A stretch of DNA of 64,000 nt, from the NCBI GenBank assembly GCA_044345405.1, contig JBIJBE010000001.1:96001-160000 (forward strand). Reading direction: 5' to 3'. Below are positions 58,986 through 64,000 of this stretch, one piece after another (positions within the stretch are counted from its first letter, which is position 1; each line of letters begins with the position of its first letter). Made by a program: the position numbers and the translations under genes. This DNA comes from Bdellovibrionota bacterium. Lineage in GTDB: Bacteria; Bdellovibrionota_C; UBA2361; OMII01. The notes below the pieces were generated by a model. The model had not been told where the DNA came from, ran no database searches, and saw nothing but the letters and a program-made list of their open reading frames with translations.

Positions 58986-59822
58986 ATGCAAACTAAACCG
59001 AGCGACGTTATCACCTATCTCCTTCCGTACATCGTTACCGCTGGCGCCTACAGCGCCGAGATTCAATCCCGGGTCGCTACTCGCGAGGCAAAGGGTGGTG
59101 ACACGATATTTCATCACGCCCTTTCAGATGCGGACCTCTCGATTCAGGCTTTTCTTGAGGTTGTTCTCTTAGCTCGGTTTCCTGAGCTCTCTTATTTCTC
59201 AGAGGAGCAGGAGCAGTCTCTCAACAAGAAGTATTTCTCGGGTAGCTCTTCGATTGAGATCCTCCTCGATCCGATCGACGGCACCCGTCCGTATATCGAC
59301 GGCAAGGAGTTTTACCAGATTATTGTGACCCTCCATGATGAGCGTGAGATCGTCGGTTCGATCTGCTACATGCCTCGGCGGAACAAGTGTTTCGTCGCTT
59401 CCAAAGGAGAGGGGGCGCACCTTCTTTCAAGGGAGGATATCGCCGCTGGTCGCACCGGCACTCGCTGCGATGTGACGACGGGAGATGGACCAGTTCTCCT
59501 TTTTAATTCGCCCGTCCTCCTGGAGAAGCTCTCCAAGACGATGGTCGCCAAGGATATCGCGACGGCGTACGTTGAGGAGCCGGGTACGTACCATTCAACG
59601 GACCTCCTTGAGGGCACCGCGTGCGCGGTGGTGCATCGCTCCTGTCAGGCGATTGATGGCGGGTCGCTTGCGTTTATCGCTCAAGAAGGTGGGGCGGTCG
59701 TTACGGATTTCGCCGGCGATCCCGTTGGAAGCTATCGAACATCCTCCACCCGGGTCCTCTCCTCTATCGTTGTTTCGGTTAATTCGGCTGTTCACGAGAA
59801 GGTCCTTGCCACCCTTCGCTAG
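58986..59822 (+). CDS. Inositol monophosphatase family protein
   Basis: ADL, SEE, LDPIDGT, EGGAVVTD. Confidence 0.85.
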   Translation: MQTKPSDVITYLLPYIVTAGAYSAEIQSRVATREAKGGDTIFHHALSDADLSIQAFLEVVLLARFPELSYFSEEQEQSLNKKYFSGSSSIEILLDPIDGTRPYIDGKEFYQIIVTLHDEREIVGSICYMPRRNKCFVASKGEGAHLLSREDIAAGRTGTRCDVTTGDGPVLLFNSPVLLEKLSKTMVAKDIATAYVEEPGTYHSTDLLEGTACAVVHRSCQAIDGGSLAFIAQEGGAVVTDFAGDPVGSYRTSSTRVLSSIVVSVNSAVHEKVLATLR

Positions 59823-59992
59823 CTTGCTAGGTGGTTCTCGCACTCAAGTCGCAAAGAGTGCCTAGTTCGGAAGTCGGCTTCCCAACAACAAGATCGCGTT
59901 GGGTCTAAAGTCTTGGTTTCATCGCTGTCCTATCATTTGGCATGTCCATTGCCACGAAGGGGAGAGTTGCCTAGCGCATTGTCGATGGTGGT

Positions 59993-60376
59993 ATGTTTAC
60001 GCACATCTGGTACATTACGAAGTTCCTCCAGGTATCCGCCGTGATAGGGGTTTCGGTCAGCTCGATGATGGTGATTGGCCCTCGAATGAGTTCGCAACCT
60101 ATGTCCAAATCGGCCCGCGCAACCGTTGAAAAGAGGGTGGTTCGCGCATTGCCGATAAAGCTCCCGCAGGGGCGACTCTACTGTGTGAACGGTGTGGTCA
60201 TGCACGAACGCATGTATCCGCGCGGCTTTGAGCCTATCGCCGCGGCTGATGCTGTGGAGATAGCCACTACAATCGCCGATGAGGCGTGCGCTCGCTCCTT
60301 GCGATCAACGGAGTGCAAGGCTGCTCAAGGGGATCTCACCGCGTTGCGGAGATCGATGCGTTCCTGTCAGGGGTAG
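59993..60376 (+). CDS. Hypothetical membrane-anchored protein
   Basis: N-terminal hydrophobic segment; 127-aa ORF. Confidence 0.5.
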   Translation: MFTHIWYITKFLQVSAVIGVSVSSMMVIGPRMSSQPMSKSARATVEKRVVRALPIKLPQGRLYCVNGVVMHERMYPRGFEPIAAADAVEIATTIADEACARSLRSTECKAAQGDLTALRRSMRSCQG

Positions 60377-60467
60377 TGGTGATGGAACGGGGCGTCTCGT
60401 TCTTTAAGGCTAGAGTGCCCTAGGGATAGGGGGGGCGGTAGTTGGAAAGGCGCGTGTCACATAATAG

Positions 60468-60500
60468 AAAGCCCCGGCCACGATCGCTCGTGGCCGGGGC
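60468..60500 (-). terminator. Terminator hairpin downstream of csp
   Basis: GCCCCGGCCACGA-TCGC-TCGTGGCCGGGGC perfect 13-bp stem. Confidence 0.75.
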
Positions 60501-60530
60501 CAGTTAAAACTTACATCGTGCAAGTTCGAA

Positions 60531-60836
60531 CTATTCCGCGGAATCGGACTCAGTAACGGGAGTTGTCTCCTCGCCCTCAATCTCGGTGATCTCCTCAGAA
60601 GAACCATCGTCCTTCTTCGTACGGACCACCTTTGAAGCTTGAAGGCCCTTTGGACCCTCCTTCAATTCATACTCCACAGTCTCCCCATCCTTGAGGGTTT
60701 TGAAACCATCGGATGAAATCACCGAGTAGTGTACAAACACATCCCGACCACTCGTGTGTTGAATGAAGCCAAACCCTTTGGCGTCATTAAACCACTTCAC
60801 TACTCCCTTAAGGATCCCGGACTCAGACTCAGACAT
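60531..60836 (-). CDS. Cold-shock domain protein with an acidic C-terminal tail
   Basis: VKWFNDAKGFGFI, DVFVHYS, GPKGLQA. Confidence 0.93.
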   Translation of the reverse strand: MSESESGILKGVVKWFNDAKGFGFIQHTSGRDVFVHYSVISSDGFKTLKDGETVEYELKEGPKGLQASKVVRTKKDDGSSEEITEIEGEETTPVTESDSAE

Positions 60837-61384
60837 AACAACTGACTCCCCGTTAAAAAAACTTACGGTTGATAAAACCTACCACATTCGTTTCAGGTTA
60901 CAAGCCTAACTACATTGAGGTGATCATCACCTCAGCAATTGAGATTCGTACGGCTGGCAAAGGGATCCAACTTTTTCTCCGCGGTGGAGGAGAGGGCGAA
61001 AAGAGCCCCAAAATCAGGTGTTTTTCAAGGAATAGGCCCCCCTCGCACGTCTCCCGTCTCAGGCCACCAGCGAAGATTGAGCTCCATTCCTGGAAAAAAC
61101 ACCTGTCGTTGAGGGGGGAGTGGTACTCAATGCCGCGCCATGCAAATGCTCTAAATAGGTAGTGTTTCTAGTTTGTTAGAGGCCGGTCTGGTTGGCGGGG
61201 TACCCCACAACTCTCCGGAAGAGAGTCCGTTGATAAGAGAGTGCCCAACCACGTATAGTGGGAGCCACTGAGCGACGCCCAAAAGGTGAATCAGCTCGGT
61301 AGTTTGCTCGCCCTCCGCGTGTGGTTGGAGGTGCGACCCTCGTGTACGTCCCCGGTGTATTCCGCTCGGTAGTCCAGTCGAAAC

Positions 61385-62842
61385 ATGTCCGATACCTTCG
61401 CTCACGCCATTCTTGAAAACCTCCCCGAGCCGCACTGCGTGGTGTCAACGGATCTCACCTGTATGGGCGCTAATACGAGCTTCGCCACCCTGTTGGGGAT
61501 AGAGCTTTCAGAGCTTGTTGGTTCGCATGCCTCGCTGTTTTGGCCGGAGGTCGAACGGATTCCCTGGAGTAATCGGGAGTTCTCAACGGAGTTTAAGCCC
61601 GCCGGTCGTGGCCCGCTCTTGGTTCGGATTGCGACCTTCGAGGGGGATGTGCTCCTCGTTCGGATCCTCTCCACATTTTCAGAGGACCGGGCCGGAGAGG
61701 TCTTTCACGGACAACGACTTGAGACCTTGGGGCTTCTGGCCGGAGGGGTGGCGCACGATTTTAACAACCTGTTGACCGGAATCCTCGGACACCTCGCGTA
61801 TGCGCGAAGCGTTATGCCTGGAGAGGGTAATCACGTTGAATCCCTCGCCGCGATAGAGGAGGGTGCGCTCCGAGCCGCGTCCCTCACGCAGCAGATCCTA
61901 CGGTTCTCTCGCATCGATGGGGGAGAGCTCTCCACGAAGATCGATGTTGTTGATGTTATTTCGCGCATCTCTACCCTCATCAAGAGCGCGATCCCCTCTG
62001 AGATTCGACTGGCGTGGACCCCTCTGAGCAATCCGCTCTGTGTGATGGCGTCCGAAGCCTACCTCAGTCAGGTTATTATCAATCTTATCGTGAACGCTCG
62101 TGACGCAATCAAAGGCAGGGGCACTATCGAGGTATCGGTAGATCGGCTGTGTAGCTCGGATGAGGTACGCGAACTGTTCGGCGAGGAACCACCGGCCGCC
62201 ACCTATTCGGCGCTCGTTGTGAAGGATACGGGTGAGGGGATGGATGAGGAGGTGAAAGAGCGCCTCTTTGAGCCGTACTTCACCACCAAGAAGGAAGGGG
62301 GGACTGGGTTAGGGCTCAGCACCGTAAATTCTATCGTGAAACAGCTCGGCGGCGCGATCGTCGTGCGGTCGGAGAAGCACAAAGGGACGGAGTTTCGAAT
62401 CGTTCTTCCCTCCGTGACGGATGAGTCTCGCGAATCGCAAGGGGATACTGAGTCGACGGGTCCTGTGCGTGGCCGTGGCGAGCGCGTTCTCATTATCGAT
62501 GACGAGTACGCCGTGCGTAACGTGCTAGGGTTAAGTCTCACCCATCTCGGGTACGAGGTGATGACAGCTTCCTCCGGCTTGGAGGGGCTTGAGATATACG
62601 CTGAGGAGCGAGGGACCTTCGACCTCGTGATCCTTGATATCCTCATGCCCGGACTGTCGGGAGAGGATGTCTTCGTTCGTTTGCAAAAGATGAATGCCGA
62701 TGTTCGCGTGCTGCTCGTGAGTGGGTTTAGTTCAGGTGATGTCGTCGCTCGGATCCTCAGTAGTGGAGGGAGAGACTTTATTCAGAAGCCGTTCCTGATA
62801 GATGTTTTATCAAGAAAAGTTCGAGGGTGTTTGTGTGATTAA
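61385..62842 (+). CDS. PAS hybrid sensor histidine kinase/response regulator (CckA-like architecture)
   Basis: AHDFNNLL, NARDA, DTGEG, GTGLGL, receiver IIDDE, LDILMP, KPF. Confidence 0.92.
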   Translation: MSDTFAHAILENLPEPHCVVSTDLTCMGANTSFATLLGIELSELVGSHASLFWPEVERIPWSNREFSTEFKPAGRGPLLVRIATFEGDVLLVRILSTFSEDRAGEVFHGQRLETLGLLAGGVAHDFNNLLTGILGHLAYARSVMPGEGNHVESLAAIEEGALRAASLTQQILRFSRIDGGELSTKIDVVDVISRISTLIKSAIPSEIRLAWTPLSNPLCVMASEAYLSQVIINLIVNARDAIKGRGTIEVSVDRLCSSDEVRELFGEEPPAATYSALVVKDTGEGMDEEVKERLFEPYFTTKKEGGTGLGLSTVNSIVKQLGGAIVVRSEKHKGTEFRIVLPSVTDESRESQGDTESTGPVRGRGERVLIIDDEYAVRNVLGLSLTHLGYEVMTASSGLEGLEIYAEERGTFDLVILDILMPGLSGEDVFVRLQKMNADVRVLLVSGFSSGDVVARILSSGGRDFIQKPFLIDVLSRKVRGCLCD

Positions 62843-63863
62843 GTCGTATCAGATCCGCCATATCCAAGTGAATCCAGGGCTCGTGCTCTCGCCGATGAGC
62901 GGCGTGACCACTCGCCCGTTCCGTCGCCTAATCAAGGAGCTCAATCCGGGAGCGGTAGGTCTCGTCGTGAGTGAGTTCGTGTCAGTTGAGGGAATGACCC
63001 GAGGTTCGCAACGAACCATGGAGATGATGAAGTTCTCGGAAGAGGAACGCCCCTACTGCGTGCAGATCTTCGGATATGATGTTGATCGTATGCGTGACGC
63101 CGCCTTGATGGTGCAGGATATCGGGGCTGATCTGGTCGATATTAATTGCGGATGTCCAGCCCCGAAGGTCGTGAAGCGTGGCGGTGGGTGCGAACTCATG
63201 CGACAACCGGATCATCTGCAAAAGATTATTAAAGAGGTTAAGAGCGCGATATCGATTCCTTTGACGATCAAAATTCGCGCTGGATGGGACGAGGATTCTC
63301 GCAACGCTCTTGAGATCGCGAAGATGGCGGAAGGTGAGGGGGTTGAGGCGCTCGCCATTCACGGGCGGACCCGCTCTCAGTTGTACCGCGGTGAGGCCGA
63401 TTGGGACCTCGTGCAGGAGATCGCGGAGCGGGTATCGATACCGGTGCTTGGAAGTGGTGATGTGGTATGTCGCAAGACCGCCGAGGCTCGATTGAAGGGA
63501 AAGGTCGCCGGGCTCTTTATCGGCCGGGCTAGTATGATGAATCCATTCGTATTCACTGAGATTTTGAACGACGAGCCCTCGAGATTGAAGGGGAATTACG
63601 CGCTCATGATCGATGTGCTCTTTCGCTATATCGAGCTTTTAAGGGAAGATTTCCAAGAGAGCTCGTGCGGGGGGAAATTTAAGCAGCTTGCCTCGCAGAT
63701 GTGTCGAGGCGCGCCGTGGAGGAAGCAGCTCCTGCAGTTGAACGCTCTGAAAGATCACGAGGCGCTCCTGCTTGCGGTGCGTGAGGGGCGATGGCGTCCC
63801 GCGGCCGTTCAGGTTGAAGAAACGGACACGACCGACGTCTCGTGTGATATGTTCTCCGCGTAG
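62835..63863 (+). CDS. dusB: tRNA-dihydrouridine synthase, DusB type
   Basis: LSPMSG, QIFG, DINCGCP, KIRAGW, HGRT; GTG start overlaps the kinase stop. Confidence 0.88.
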   Translation: MIKSYQIRHIQVNPGLVLSPMSGVTTRPFRRLIKELNPGAVGLVVSEFVSVEGMTRGSQRTMEMMKFSEEERPYCVQIFGYDVDRMRDAALMVQDIGADLVDINCGCPAPKVVKRGGGCELMRQPDHLQKIIKEVKSAISIPLTIKIRAGWDEDSRNALEIAKMAEGEGVEALAIHGRTRSQLYRGEADWDLVQEIAERVSIPVLGSGDVVCRKTAEARLKGKVAGLFIGRASMMNPFVFTEILNDEPSRLKGNYALMIDVLFRYIELLREDFQESSCGGKFKQLASQMCRGAPWRKQLLQLNALKDHEALLLAVREGRWRPAAVQVEETDTTDVSCDMFSA

Positions 63864-64000
63864 GGTGGGGAGAGGAAAGAAAGTATTTCGTGTTACGTGT
63901 AAATGATATCTATCGAAGCTTCGGTGAACGCCCTGTATTGCAGGGGGTTAGCTTCGCGTTGAAGCCCGCCTCTATTAACGGGCTGGTCGGTCCCAGTGGC

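Noticed and set aside
60837-61384. Structured RNA between csp and the kinase
   Set aside because: A long csp leader is expected and no distinctive motif could be supported by eye.

Overview
Chromosomal window from a diderm bacterium; the gene content suggests a deltaproteobacteria/Bdellovibrionota-like lineage (inference only). Housekeeping genes: lolE/C-lolD-bamA, a second Omp85, cmk, lptF/lptG, rpsU, rlmD-like, tex, tyrS, bioF plus a ketosynthase, rpmG, yacG, sufS, alaS, SulP with beta-carbonic anhydrase, csp, a hybrid kinase and dusB. These are interleaved with secreted or orphan proteins (M12-type zincin, Thr/Pro- and Cys-rich proteins, LysM-muramidase, serpin). I saw no tRNA, rRNA, CRISPR array, transposase or prophage. 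Most notable: (1) a 26-bp GGGAGGGCG palindromic REP family in which three copies carry a second short palindrome, of two different types, at the same loop position; (2) a hairpin-dense leader upstream of an uncalled 25-aa Lys/Ala peptide; (3) an intact but motif-degenerate P1B-ATPase; (4) orphans with cryptic SelO/kinase-like and clan-CD protease-like motifs; (5) a short AlaRS lacking C-Ala; (6) a bioF-ketosynthase pair. All family assignments are by eye from motifs, with no database searches run.
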